Below, in pieces: positions 9,135 to 17,544 of a stretch of 64,000 nt of DNA; position 1 is the stretch's first letter; every line of letters begins with the position of its first letter. This stretch comes from a virus, in the IMG/VR virus record IMGVR_UViG_3300045241_000115, positions 1 through 64,000 of that record; one strand, 5' to 3'. The translations under genes and the position numbers were made by a program. The notes below the pieces were generated by a model. The model was not told the origin of the DNA and searched no databases. It saw only the letters and a list, made by a program, of their open reading frames with translations.

Positions 9135-9677
9135 ATGCCCAAACACACTGCCGCCGTGCCCATTCAACCACCCTCGCGGTTCGCCGTGCAGCGCGCCCTG
9201 GCCGTGCTGCGTGGCGTCCGCGAGGCCCTGATCGCCGACGATCCCTCCATCGCCGACGACCCCAGGCTGATGACAGATATGCTCGATGGCGAGGGTGGCA
9301 ATGCTCTCGACATCATCGCCGACGACGTGCGCGCCGCCATCGAGGCCGAGGCGTTGGCCGACATCGCGCGCAAGCGGGCCGCCGAGCTGTACGAACGGGC
9401 CAACCGGCTGGACCGGCGCTGCGACACGTTGAAGCGCGGCGTCCGCGACGTGCTGCTCGAACTCGGCCTCCCCAGGCTGGAACGCGACGACTTCACCGCC
9501 TCGGTCAACAAAGGCTACCGCCACGTCATCGTCACCGGCCCCTACCCCGATGAATACGCGCGCATCACCCGCGAACCCAAGAAGAAGGAGATGAAGGAGG
9601 CGCTCGACGCCGGCAAGGATCTGCCCTTCGCCTCGCTGTCCAACCCGGAACCCGGCCTGACGGTGAGGACAAGCTGA
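9135..9677 (+). CDS. Siphovirus Gp157 family protein
   Basis: Coiled coil then FTASV..PDEY..EPKKKEMKEALDAG..FASLSN..LTVRT; strong RBS. Confidence 0.8.
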   Translation: MPKHTAAVPIQPPSRFAVQRALAVLRGVREALIADDPSIADDPRLMTDMLDGEGGNALDIIADDVRAAIEAEALADIARKRAAELYERANRLDRRCDTLKRGVRDVLLELGLPRLERDDFTASVNKGYRHVIVTGPYPDEYARITREPKKKEMKEALDAGKDLPFASLSNPEPGLTVRTS

Positions 9678-10990
9678 TGAGCGAGCAAGCCACAGTCACC
9701 AAGACCCGGGCGAAGGCAAATCGGGTCGCCGGCACCGGAACCCTGGTCAAGACCAACGGCAACGGCCACCCCCCGGCGCCGATCGATCTGCCCGAGGACT
9801 TCCTGCTCCGCATCGCGCGCGACACGACGATAGACGCCGACAAGCTGCGCGCGGTCGCGGACGTCTATGTCACCATGCAGGAGAAACAGCGCGCATGGGT
9901 CCGCGAGGACGACAAGGAACGCGCCCGGGTCGCCTACTTCGCCGCCAAACCCGCGATGCAGGCCGAGTTGCCGGTACTCGAGAAAACCACGCCAAACCAG
10001 GAGGGAAAGGGCAAGTACCTCGACTACGGCGAGTTGTGGGAGACGTGCTGCCCGATCTGGACCAAGCACGGTTTCACGGTCGCCTTCGACATCGTGCCGA
10101 CCGATAACGGACTGATCCGCGTCAAGCTGATCCTTGATCATACAGCGGGCCATCGCGAGACCTTTCTGGCGCCCGACACGCCACCCGACACGGCTGGGCC
10201 AAAAGGCACACCCAACAAAACGGTCCCGCAGGGCAATCAAGCGACGATCACCTTCGTCCAGCGCGGTCTGCTGACGCGGGCTCTCGGCATCGGCATGAAA
10301 CGGGAAGAGGACGACGGCAACAGCGGCGCGACCGGCGATCATCGCGCAGCGCCGCATACAACAAGGACCGAGCGCCGGTACGCCGACGACCGCCCGCCGG
10401 TCAATTGGGTCGATAGCACCGTCGAGCTGCTCGACGCCGCGAAGACCCTGGAAGCCTGGGAGACGCGGATCATCCAGGCGTTGCGTAACCCGCCGTCCGT
10501 CACCGAGGTCGAGGACCTCAAAAGCCGGCTGCGCGCGGCGGTCAACGGCATCCACGACCGCGCGGTGCGCAATCGCATCGCCGATGCGTTCCGTGCGGCC
10601 TCGGGCAGTCTCGCGCCGTCAGCAGAGTCCAAACCCCGAAGCGCGGAAGGCGAAGACGCCGACCGGGCCGAGGCGGCGGAAGCACAAGCGGCCCTCGAAG
10701 CGCGAATGCGTTCGTCGGCGGAAGCCCTGCGGCAGTCGCGCGAAGCCAGGGCGGCATCGGGCGCGCCGGAATGGACCGCGCCACTCAGTGACGACGAGCA
10801 ATGGGCGGAGAACCAGATCAGCGATCTCTCTCTGGTCAGCGACATGAACACGTTCCTGGTGATGGCGAACGCCGCCGAGACTCAGAAGAAAATGAAGACG
10901 TTCTCCACCACCAACCGACCGCTCTACGAACGCGTGAAGGCCGCATACGAGGCTGCCCAGACGCGGATCAGCCGGGAGGCCGCGCGATGA
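9677..10990 (+). CDS. ERF family single-strand annealing protein
   Basis: AMQAELPV.K, KYLD, HTAGH, QGNQATITFVQR..L..LGI..EDDG. Confidence 0.8.
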   Translation: MSEQATVTKTRAKANRVAGTGTLVKTNGNGHPPAPIDLPEDFLLRIARDTTIDADKLRAVADVYVTMQEKQRAWVREDDKERARVAYFAAKPAMQAELPVLEKTTPNQEGKGKYLDYGELWETCCPIWTKHGFTVAFDIVPTDNGLIRVKLILDHTAGHRETFLAPDTPPDTAGPKGTPNKTVPQGNQATITFVQRGLLTRALGIGMKREEDDGNSGATGDHRAAPHTTRTERRYADDRPPVNWVDSTVELLDAAKTLEAWETRIIQALRNPPSVTEVEDLKSRLRAAVNGIHDRAVRNRIADAFRAASGSLAPSAESKPRSAEGEDADRAEAAEAQAALEARMRSSAEALRQSREARAASGAPEWTAPLSDDEQWAENQISDLSLVSDMNTFLVMANAAETQKKMKTFSTTNRPLYERVKAAYEAAQTRISREAAR

Positions 10991-11319
10991 CCGAACTTGT
11001 CGACCGGCAGTTCATGCTGTCGGCGATCCTCGCGCGCGATCCCGACGCGACAAGACTCCATCTGCGCCATCTGCAGGTGTTGGAACACGTCTGCTCCGGC
11101 AACGGCGTGCTGACATCGGCAGTGATTGCCGCCGAGCTTGACATCAGCCCGGCGCAAACGTCGCGGCTGCTCGCCAAGCTGGAGAGCCACGAAATGATCA
11201 CGCGCTCCGATCCACGTTATCGCCCGATGACGTGGGGGCCGACGGTGCGCGGCCGCGCGCTGATCATACGCCTGCGCACCTACGTCTCTGCGTGCCTGTC
11301 AACCGACCAAGCCGCCTAA
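10987..11319 (+). CDS. MarR-like winged-helix protein
   Basis: IAAELDISPAQTSRLLAKLE..TVRGRAL. Confidence 0.7.
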   Translation: MTELVDRQFMLSAILARDPDATRLHLRHLQVLEHVCSGNGVLTSAVIAAELDISPAQTSRLLAKLESHEMITRSDPRYRPMTWGPTVRGRALIIRLRTYVSACLSTDQAA

Positions 11320-11335
11320 ACAGAAAGGAACAACC

Positions 11336-12934
11336 ATGAACACGCTGAGTATCGCGCTTGAGAACCTGCGCCCCGATCCCGCCAACGCCCGTCATGTCTG
11401 CGACAACGACGTTTCCAGCCTCGCCGCCTCCATCGACCGCGTCGGCCTGTTGCAGCCCATCGTGGTGCGGCCCGACGGCGACTCCTGGCTCGTCGTCGCC
11501 GGCAACCGTCGCGTACAAGCCTGTCGTACGCTTGGTCGTACGCACATCGACGCCGTGGAATTCGCCGTGGACGAGGACCATGAGGCCGTCGCGGCGTCGG
11601 CTGCGGAAAACATGGTGCGCATGCCCATGCACCCCGTTGACACGTGGCGTGCGATGACCGCGCTGATCGATGGGGGCTACTCCCGCGAGGGTGCCGCCGA
11701 CGCGCTCGGCGTCTCCCACGTCATGGCCCGTCGCCTCGATCATCTGGGCCGCATGGCGCCGCAGCTCGTGGACGCCATCGCCACCCAGGCGGAACTGCCC
11801 CAGGCGTCGATCATGCGCACCATCGCGCTGGCCCCGACCCCGGTGCAGCAAAAGGCCCTGGCGGCCGCGAGCCGGGGCGGCAAGGTCGATTGGTGGCGCG
11901 TCGCCCAGGGCTGCGAGACCACCCGCATTCCGATGACGCGGGCGATCTTCGACACCGAGGCCGCCAGCGTCACCTTCGACGAGGACCTGTTCGCCCAGCC
12001 GGACGATGACGAGCGGTTCACCACGACCGACATCGCAGGCTTCCTCAAGGCGCAATGCGACGCGCTGGACGCCAAGGCTACGGCGTCCAAGGGGCGCATG
12101 ACCGCCTATGTCTGGTCGCGCCCCCTGCGCCTGCGCGACCGCATGCCGAAGGGATGGGCGGCGACTTACGACGACCCGCCGAAGCGGTGGAAGAAGGACG
12201 ATCCGCGTCATCTGTTCGCCAGCGTGATCGGCGAGGGCTACGAGATCGGCGCGGTCGAGTACGTCGTGGCCGCCCCCAAGGTGGACCGCCCGGCTGCTGC
12301 GGCAACGGTCGGGACCGAGACGGTGCGCGAGCGGTCGCCGATCAGCAAGATGACGATAAACCGCCTCGCGATGATGAAGCGCGAGGCCGTCGTGGAGCGT
12401 CTGCCTCTGATCGCGGCGAACGCCAACCCCTCGGACATGCTGCGCGCGCTGTTGCTCGTGCTGACCTTCGAGAATGTCAGCCTGTGGGACAGCGACCGCC
12501 GCTACGGCACCTCGCCCTATCGCGACCTCGCCCGCCATCTGGTCGATCACGAGGGAAAGCCTGTCGATCTGTCCGAGGCGCAGCTTTGCGTCCTAGCCGC
12601 CGATGCGATCGGACGCGTGGTGAAGTTCGAGGGCGCCGACATCGCCAACTCGTCCGGCCCCCAGGCCGAATGGCTGGCGGCGATGGTGGGGGCCGAGATG
12701 CCACGCTGCGACAGCGAGGAAATCCTGAAAGGGCTGACCAAGGACGCGCTGATCGAACTGGCCCGCCAGCACGGCATATCCGAGCAGGGCAAGACCGTCG
12801 AGATCAGGGGGAGGCTGATCGGACATTTGCCCGACTGGCGGCCCGCTGACTTCGGCGCCAAGGGCCCGTCCGGCTACCACTTCGAGCGGGAGCAGGCCGA
12901 CGACGAGTCCGACGATGCGGAGGAGGCTGCGTGA
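11336..12934 (+). CDS. ParB/RepB/Spo0J family protein
   Basis: SLAASIDRVGLLQPIVVR, AGNRR, AENMVR. Confidence 0.85.
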   Translation: MNTLSIALENLRPDPANARHVCDNDVSSLAASIDRVGLLQPIVVRPDGDSWLVVAGNRRVQACRTLGRTHIDAVEFAVDEDHEAVAASAAENMVRMPMHPVDTWRAMTALIDGGYSREGAADALGVSHVMARRLDHLGRMAPQLVDAIATQAELPQASIMRTIALAPTPVQQKALAAASRGGKVDWWRVAQGCETTRIPMTRAIFDTEAASVTFDEDLFAQPDDDERFTTTDIAGFLKAQCDALDAKATASKGRMTAYVWSRPLRLRDRMPKGWAATYDDPPKRWKKDDPRHLFASVIGEGYEIGAVEYVVAAPKVDRPAAAATVGTETVRERSPISKMTINRLAMMKREAVVERLPLIAANANPSDMLRALLLVLTFENVSLWDSDRRYGTSPYRDLARHLVDHEGKPVDLSEAQLCVLAADAIGRVVKFEGADIANSSGPQAEWLAAMVGAEMPRCDSEEILKGLTKDALIELARQHGISEQGKTVEIRGRLIGHLPDWRPADFGAKGPSGYHFEREQADDESDDAEEAA

Positions 12935-13128
12935 TGGGCGAGGCAGTCGAGGACATATTGGACGGACTCGCATGCGAGGTTTGCGGAGTGTGGTTCGATG
13001 ACGTGCTGGACGGGGGCGAGCCGCCCGGTCACCCGCGACGATGCGAACAATGCGAACCGACCCGGCCACAAAGCCGGGAGCGCAATCGCAAGGAACGACG
13101 ACGCCGGCTGGCGGCGAGGCCGACATGA
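12931..13128 (+). CDS. Small Cys-rich hypothetical protein
   Basis: CEVC...CEQC; GGAGG RBS. Confidence 0.6.
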   Translation: MMGEAVEDILDGLACEVCGVWFDDVLDGGEPPGHPRRCEQCEPTRPQSRERNRKERRRRLAARPT

Positions 13129-13316
13129 GCGGCATCGGCAGGGTGCCGGCGTGGTGGCTCACGCTGACGGGCATCTCGGCGAGCGCCGCGCTCGAACTGC
13201 TGCGCGCGGTCGAGCGCCGCGGCGTCTCCAAGAACGACCGCCGGGAGGTCGAGCGCATCTGGCACGCGTTGCGCATTGATCAGGCCATCGAGAAGACCTT
13301 GGGAGGAGCGCCATGA
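13125..13316 (+). CDS. Hypothetical protein
   Basis: ATGA coupling at both ends. Confidence 0.55.
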   Translation: MSGIGRVPAWWLTLTGISASAALELLRAVERRGVSKNDRREVERIWHALRIDQAIEKTLGGAP

Positions 13317-13531
13317 GTCAAACTGAACTGGTGCCGATCGACCTGCCGGAGATGATCGGCGAAGTGCGGCGCGAACTGAACTACCGCCAGCGCGCCTATC
13401 CGCAGTGGGTGTCCGAAGGGAAACTCAACTCACGGATGGCGGCTCGTCAGATCGACCGGATGGAAGCGGTCCTGAACCTTCTGATTGATCTGAATGGACC
13501 ATCGCGTCCGCAGGCGCGGCGGGCGGCGTAA
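13313..13531 (+). CDS. Conserved phage hypothetical protein
   Basis: EVRRELNYRQRAYPQWV..GKL motif; GGAGGAG RBS. Confidence 0.7.
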   Translation: MSQTELVPIDLPEMIGEVRRELNYRQRAYPQWVSEGKLNSRMAARQIDRMEAVLNLLIDLNGPSRPQARRAA

Positions 13532-13895
13532 GCAGTGGGCGTCGGGGGAATGCCGTCAGCCATCTGGCGAGTTCCCCCGACAGCCTGTTCAACTGCCCGG
13601 CCGGCACCGGGCGTCCTCGCACCTGCGACAGGCGCTCTGCCAACGTCAGCCAATTGGATAGATCCTCGAGCGAAAGGCCGGTCAGCATTGGCGTTTCGCG
13701 GGGCAATTCCCCTGGCGCCTCGATCTCTCCCAAGTCCTGGCCGCGCTCGGCTGCGACATAAGCGCGGATCGCCTGCCCGACCCATTCGGCAACCGTCGCG
13801 TCCTGCCGCCGCGCCGCCGCGAGCGCCGCCGCGCGGTCCGCTTCGTCCATGTCTCGGATCGTCCAATGCGACGCCACGGTATCCCCGTACGACAT
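13425..13895 (-). CDS. Ribbon-helix-helix-like protein
   Basis: WTIRDMD..AAARRQDATVAEWVGQAIR; start uncertain. Confidence 0.55.
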   Translation of the reverse strand: MSYGDTVASHWTIRDMDEADRAAALAAARRQDATVAEWVGQAIRAYVAAERGQDLGEIEAPGELPRETPMLTGLSLEDLSNWLTLAERLSQVRGRPVPAGQLNRLSGELARWLTAFPRRPLLTPPAAPADAMVHSDQSEGSGPLPSGRSDEPPSVS

Positions 13896-14014
13896 TTTGT
13901 CGTACGCGCTCGTACAGATGTGCTACGCGTCGGGGCAAGTTACAAAAGCGACGGAACGTTCGCGCGGCTCAGGGCGGCTACCTCCCCAGGCTGACACGTC
14001 CAAGGAGTGTTGTC

Positions 14015-14380
14015 ATGAGCGGCCCGGTCTACCAGGGGCCGCTGACACGGTATGGCGATTTACCGGCGGCGAAGCTGTGGCAAGCATGGCTGCGCGCTCG
14101 GTACAAATCGCGCCGTCCTCCCGTGATCGGCGGCAAGGTCATCGCCCTGGCGCTCGCCTGTTATGGAGACTCGATGGCATGGCCGTTGACCGAGGATATC
14201 GCGGACTATTTCGGCTGTACGCAGACATCGGTGAACTCTCAGGTCGGTCTCAACGTGCGTCGCGGCCTGCTGAGTTGGCGGGGAGAGCCGCTGTACGTGA
14301 GCCGCCTGTGGTCGCCGGTCACGATCCGCTACCTCGAGCCGTCGTCGGAGGTTCGCAAAGAGAAGTTCGATGGGGTTTGA
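14015..14380 (+). CDS. HTH-like hypothetical protein
   Basis: AAGGAG RBS; TEDIADYFGCTQTSVNSQV. Confidence 0.55.
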   Translation: MSGPVYQGPLTRYGDLPAAKLWQAWLRARYKSRRPPVIGGKVIALALACYGDSMAWPLTEDIADYFGCTQTSVNSQVGLNVRRGLLSWRGEPLYVSRLWSPVTIRYLEPSSEVRKEKFDGV

Positions 14381-14412
14381 CATGAGCCGGGCGGCGGGAG
14401 TCGGATCGCCCC

Positions 14413-14637
14413 ATGCACATCATCCGGCTCCGCGATCCCGAGCGCCGCATGGCGCGCTATCACTGTCTCTGCCTGCAAGGGACGCTCTGGCGGCAGGGGG
14501 TCGCCGTCGTCCATGAGTGGGGCCGCATCGGCAGCCCGGGCACGGTCCGCAGCGAGGACCATGCCGACGAGGCGGCGGCCAGGAAGGCGGTCGCGCGATA
14601 TCTGCGCGTCAAGCGCCGGAAGGGCTACGGACCATAG
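14413..14637 (+). CDS. WGR domain protein
   Basis: MARY..LQGTL..EWGRIGSPG..KRRKGY. Confidence 0.85.
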   Translation: MHIIRLRDPERRMARYHCLCLQGTLWRQGVAVVHEWGRIGSPGTVRSEDHADEAAARKAVARYLRVKRRKGYGP

Positions 14638-14674
14638 ACCCGGTTATCGATCCAACGGGGAGTTTCAAAGGGTT

Positions 14675-14875
14675 ATGAGCGAGTATCCATGGGGATCGGG
14701 ACGCGCGAATGCACTCCGCTGGTGTGCGCTGGAAATATGTCGCAGGGAGCATCCCGCTAATCTTTGCGACGAGCCATGTGTTCGCTGCTGGCAGGGAGCG
14801 GAAGCACAGATGCTGGAGGCGCAGGAGGTTGCCCGGTCGATCCGGCGAGCGCTGATGCGCCGGAAGGCTCCATAA
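14675..14875 (+). CDS. Small Cys-rich hypothetical protein (cassette 1)
   Basis: Starts at the repeat ATG and stops at the next repeat TAA. Confidence 0.65.
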   Translation: MSEYPWGSGRANALRWCALEICRREHPANLCDEPCVRCWQGAEAQMLEAQEVARSIRRALMRRKAP

Positions 14876-14918
14876 TTGCCGACCCGGTTATCGATCCATT
14901 GAGGAGTTTCAGGAGGTT

Positions 14919-15143
14919 ATGAGTGAGCATCCCGAGCAGTATTTGGGCGACGGACTCTATGTGAGCTTCGACGGCTACCATGTGGTCCTGCGGGCACCGC
15001 GCGTGGGCGGTGATCACTTCGTTGCCCTGGAACCAGAGGTGATGATCGCGTTTCAAGCATACCTCACGGCTTTGGCTCGTAAGCATCCGGAACTGCAAAC
15101 GCGATGGAATATGATGCGTGAGGCTGACCGCAAGACACCATAA
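14919..15143 (+). CDS. Conserved phage hypothetical protein (cassette 2)
   Basis: YLGDGLYVSFDGYHVVL..ALEPEV; AGGAGG RBS. Confidence 0.75.
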   Translation: MSEHPEQYLGDGLYVSFDGYHVVLRAPRVGGDHFVALEPEVMIAFQAYLTALARKHPELQTRWNMMREADRKTP

Positions 15144-15186
15144 TTGCCGACCCGGTTATCGTGCCAATGAGGAGTTTCAAAGGGTT

Positions 15187-15396
15187 ATGAGAGAGGTGCA
15201 TGGCGTGGCTTACGCACACAAAGTCACCATGTCGGAGGCGGAAAGCGAGACTCAAAATGTGCTCGTCACGGATGACGGAACCGGAATCCGGCTGACGCTC
15301 ACTGCTTGCTCGTATCCGGCGCGGCTCACTCCCGAGGAGGCTCGGTTCATAGCGCAGGCGCTCACGGAGGCAGCCGATCGCTGCAAGGCACCATAA
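15187..15396 (+). CDS. Hypothetical protein (cassette 3)
   Basis: Bounded by repeats; LTPEEARFIAQAL motif; alternative GTG start at 15205. Confidence 0.65.
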   Translation: MREVHGVAYAHKVTMSEAESETQNVLVTDDGTGIRLTLTACSYPARLTPEEARFIAQALTEAADRCKAP

Positions 15397-15441
15397 TAGC
15401 CAATATCGTCCCTTCGGGTCGGTGAGGAGGGTTTCGCCACA

Positions 15442-15681
15442 ATGATCAAGGCAATCGCGCACGGCGCCAACGGTCGCAAAATCCTGGTGCTCGGCCTGAG
15501 CTTCGGCGATCTCCGCGAGGCGCCCGGCGACACGTTCATCCGCGTCGTCGACGGCAAGGAAATGGGGCTGGACATGGACGTGATGATTATCTCCGGCGAG
15601 ACCGAGGCGCATATGGCGGAAACGCTGGCCGGCATCGGGCCGGATACCAAGGTCCACGTCAGTCCACGCTCGAGGAGTTAA
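15442..15681 (+). CDS. Hypothetical protein
   Basis: GAGGAGG RBS; MIKA..ILVLGLS..GETE. Confidence 0.7.
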   Translation: MIKAIAHGANGRKILVLGLSFGDLREAPGDTFIRVVDGKEMGLDMDVMIISGETEAHMAETLAGIGPDTKVHVSPRSRS

Positions 15682-15686
15682 AGACC

Positions 15687-16034
15687 GTGAACGATAATGA
15701 CTTTCTACAATGGCTGCACGAGGCTAGCGGTTATCACTTCCCGACTGAGCTGCCCGGCGGGCGCTACGCCTGCATCAACCGGCGCTGGCACAACACACAG
15801 GTCATCACGGGCCGGATGGGAGATCGCACCGGGTTTGCTGACGCTTGGTGATACGATTCCCCCGAGCATGCCCTGGCAGGGCTGCTGGAATGGCTGGGCC
15901 GGGAAGGGGAGGGAGAGCCTGCCGGTTGGTTCCGGCACGCAGCGTCCGGCCGGCGCGTCTCCCGCTCGCCCGATGAGCGCGATGACGCCGGCAGGCGGGT
16001 GGGCGCGGTCGGGGTGACGTATGTGCGCAGGTAA
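15687..16034 (+). CDS. 115-aa gene with an in-frame TGA at 15849-15851: selenoprotein/readthrough candidate or pseudogene
   Basis: GAGGAG RBS and GTG start; the readthrough frame fills the gap between neighbours; context ADAW*YDSP; hairpin immediately 3' of the TGA. Confidence 0.7.
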
Positions 16035-16046
16035 GGAGGAAAATGA

Positions 16047-16277
16047 ATGTCCGACGAGCCGACGGAAAGGCTGGAACTCAGGATCACGCCAGATCTTTGG
16101 CAGGCGATCGACCGTCTGGCGAAGGAAGAGGGCCGCCACATTACATCCATGGCACGCTTGCTGATCGAGCGGGGCCTATTGGCTACGGCGTCGCGACCGA
16201 AACCGCACCATTTAGTCCCTGTCGCGAACCGCTGGGGCCTGGACAAACCACGCAAAAGGCCACGCTACCCGCGATAA
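16047..16277 (+). CDS. Arc/ribbon-helix-helix protein
   Basis: RLELRITPDLWQAIDRLAKEEGRHITSMARLLIERGL; AAGGAGG RBS. Confidence 0.75.
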   Translation: MSDEPTERLELRITPDLWQAIDRLAKEEGRHITSMARLLIERGLLATASRPKPHHLVPVANRWGLDKPRKRPRYPR

Positions 16278-16450
16278 CTGGCCTTATCGCGCATAACGGA
16301 ATTTCGGAGTCCAGGATTGACCAACCTGATCTGGGCCGTGATCCTCGGAGGGGCCGCTGGGCTCTATATCGGGGCCGCGTTCGGATGGGCCTTCAAGGAG
16401 TGACGCCATGCCAGACAGGACGATCCTCGAGCAGGCCAAGGTGCCGACGA

Positions 16451-16702
16451 ATGGCTGAGGGGCAGAGCCGGGACGAAATGGCCGTCGAGCGCGCGGTCGA
16501 GAGCCTGTATCGCGTCCTCGAGTTCCGCCGATGGGTGCAGAGCAACGTGCTGTTCCCGACCGTTCCCGACACCGTCGTTCACCCGCTGCTGGACCATCTG
16601 CGCGAGGCCGAGCACAGGCTTCTCGCCGCCCTTTATGACCGCGACGCCCTCGACCGCGTGGCAGCAATCAACCGGACGCTCGCTCGGCCCGGGAAAGTGT
16701 GA
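16451..16702 (+). CDS. Hypothetical protein
   Basis: Plausible helical ORF ending at a convergent terminator. Confidence 0.5.
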   Translation: MAEGQSRDEMAVERAVESLYRVLEFRRWVQSNVLFPTVPDTVVHPLLDHLREAEHRLLAALYDRDALDRVAAINRTLARPGKV

Positions 16703-16705
16703 ATG

Positions 16706-16733
16706 AAAAAAGGCCCCGACGGGGTGCGGGGCC
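16706..16733 (-). terminator. Intrinsic terminator of the late operon
   Basis: Minus strand GGCCCCG-loop-CGGGGCC-TTTTTT at the convergence point. Confidence 0.75.
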
Positions 16734-16762
16734 AGGGAGTTCCTTTCAGGGTGAGGGCGATC

Positions 16763-16951
16763 TTAGCCGCGGATTACCTGCACCCACTGATGACGATTGA
16801 GCGACACGACGCGATCGACGCCGGTCGCGTCGTTGTGCAACGCAACATCGATCCGTCGCGGCATGTACGAATTGTCGATCGCGGTCACGCGCTCGCCGGC
16901 AATCTTGTCGCCGATCGCGAGCAGCCGCGCCTCGACGGTAACGGTGCTCAT
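16763..16951 (-). CDS. Hypothetical protein
   Basis: ATGA-coupled. Confidence 0.55.
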   Translation of the reverse strand: MSTVTVEARLLAIGDKIAGERVTAIDNSYMPRRIDVALHNDATGVDRVVSLNRHQWVQVIRG

Positions 16952-17163
16952 GCGGTCCGGGCCGGCTCGGGCATCTGGCCGCCCTGGCTCTGCGCCAACT
17001 GCTGCTGGTAGAGCTGGATCTGCGCGGTCGCCTGGTTGCGCAGCTCCATGATCAGATCGGCGACGGTCTCGAACGGCTGCTTGCCGATGATCGCGAGCAC
17101 CATGTTGGCCTGCGCCATCGGCAGCGTCCAGGTGATTTCAGGCTCGGGGGGACGGGTTGTCAT
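16948..17163 (-). CDS. Small fibre-associated hypothetical protein
   Basis: AAGGAG RBS; ANMVLAIIGKQPFETVADLI. Confidence 0.65.
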   Translation of the reverse strand: MTTRPPEPEITWTLPMAQANMVLAIIGKQPFETVADLIMELRNQATAQIQLYQQQLAQSQGGQMPEPARTA

Positions 17164-17247
17164 GCGGTTCTCCTTGGCTGTGGTCAACGCAAAGCGCCCC
17201 GCGTCCGCGAGGACGCAGGGCGGCGACGGCGGGTGTGTCAGAACCGG

Positions 17248-17544
17248 TTAGAAACGCCTGGGCTGCGGGAGGGACTCTGGGCGAAGCAGCGGGCGAGGCT
17301 CTGGGATGGTTTCGACCGCCTGATGCTGTGGCGGTGTCGTGTCCTTCCTGATGTGCGGGCCCGGCAGGTCGGGCGGATCGGGCGGCGGCGCTATCGGCGC
17401 ATCGACCACCCTTGGGTCGGGCTGCCACGCGTGTTCGATGATGACCATCGGCTCCGGCGACTCCCGTTTGGCATCGAGATCGGTCGGCGGCGTCGGCACA
17501 TCGGCCGCGTGCAAGAGTGGTGGGTCGGGTTCGGGTTCAGCCAT
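17248..17544 (-). CDS. Proline-rich hypothetical protein
   Basis: Overlaps the fibre stop; AAAGGA RBS. Confidence 0.55.
   Translation of the reverse strand: MAEPEPDPPLLHAADVPTPPTDLDAKRESPEPMVIIEHAWQPDPRVVDAPIAPPPDPPDLPGPHIRKDTTPPQHQAVETIPEPRPLLRPESLPQPRRF

Larger units (their letters stand above)
14632..15408 (+). repeat. Intergenic direct repeats bounding single small genes
   Basis: CCATAA-(TTGCCG)ACCCGG-TTATCG..GGAGTTTCA..GGTTATGAG at 14632, 14870 and 15138; partial copy at 15391. Confidence 0.85.

Noticed and set aside
14632-15408. CRISPR array or classical integron attC sites
   Set aside because: The spacers are whole genes of about 200 bp, no cas or intI gene is present, and the repeats lack the internal L-box complementarity of attC.
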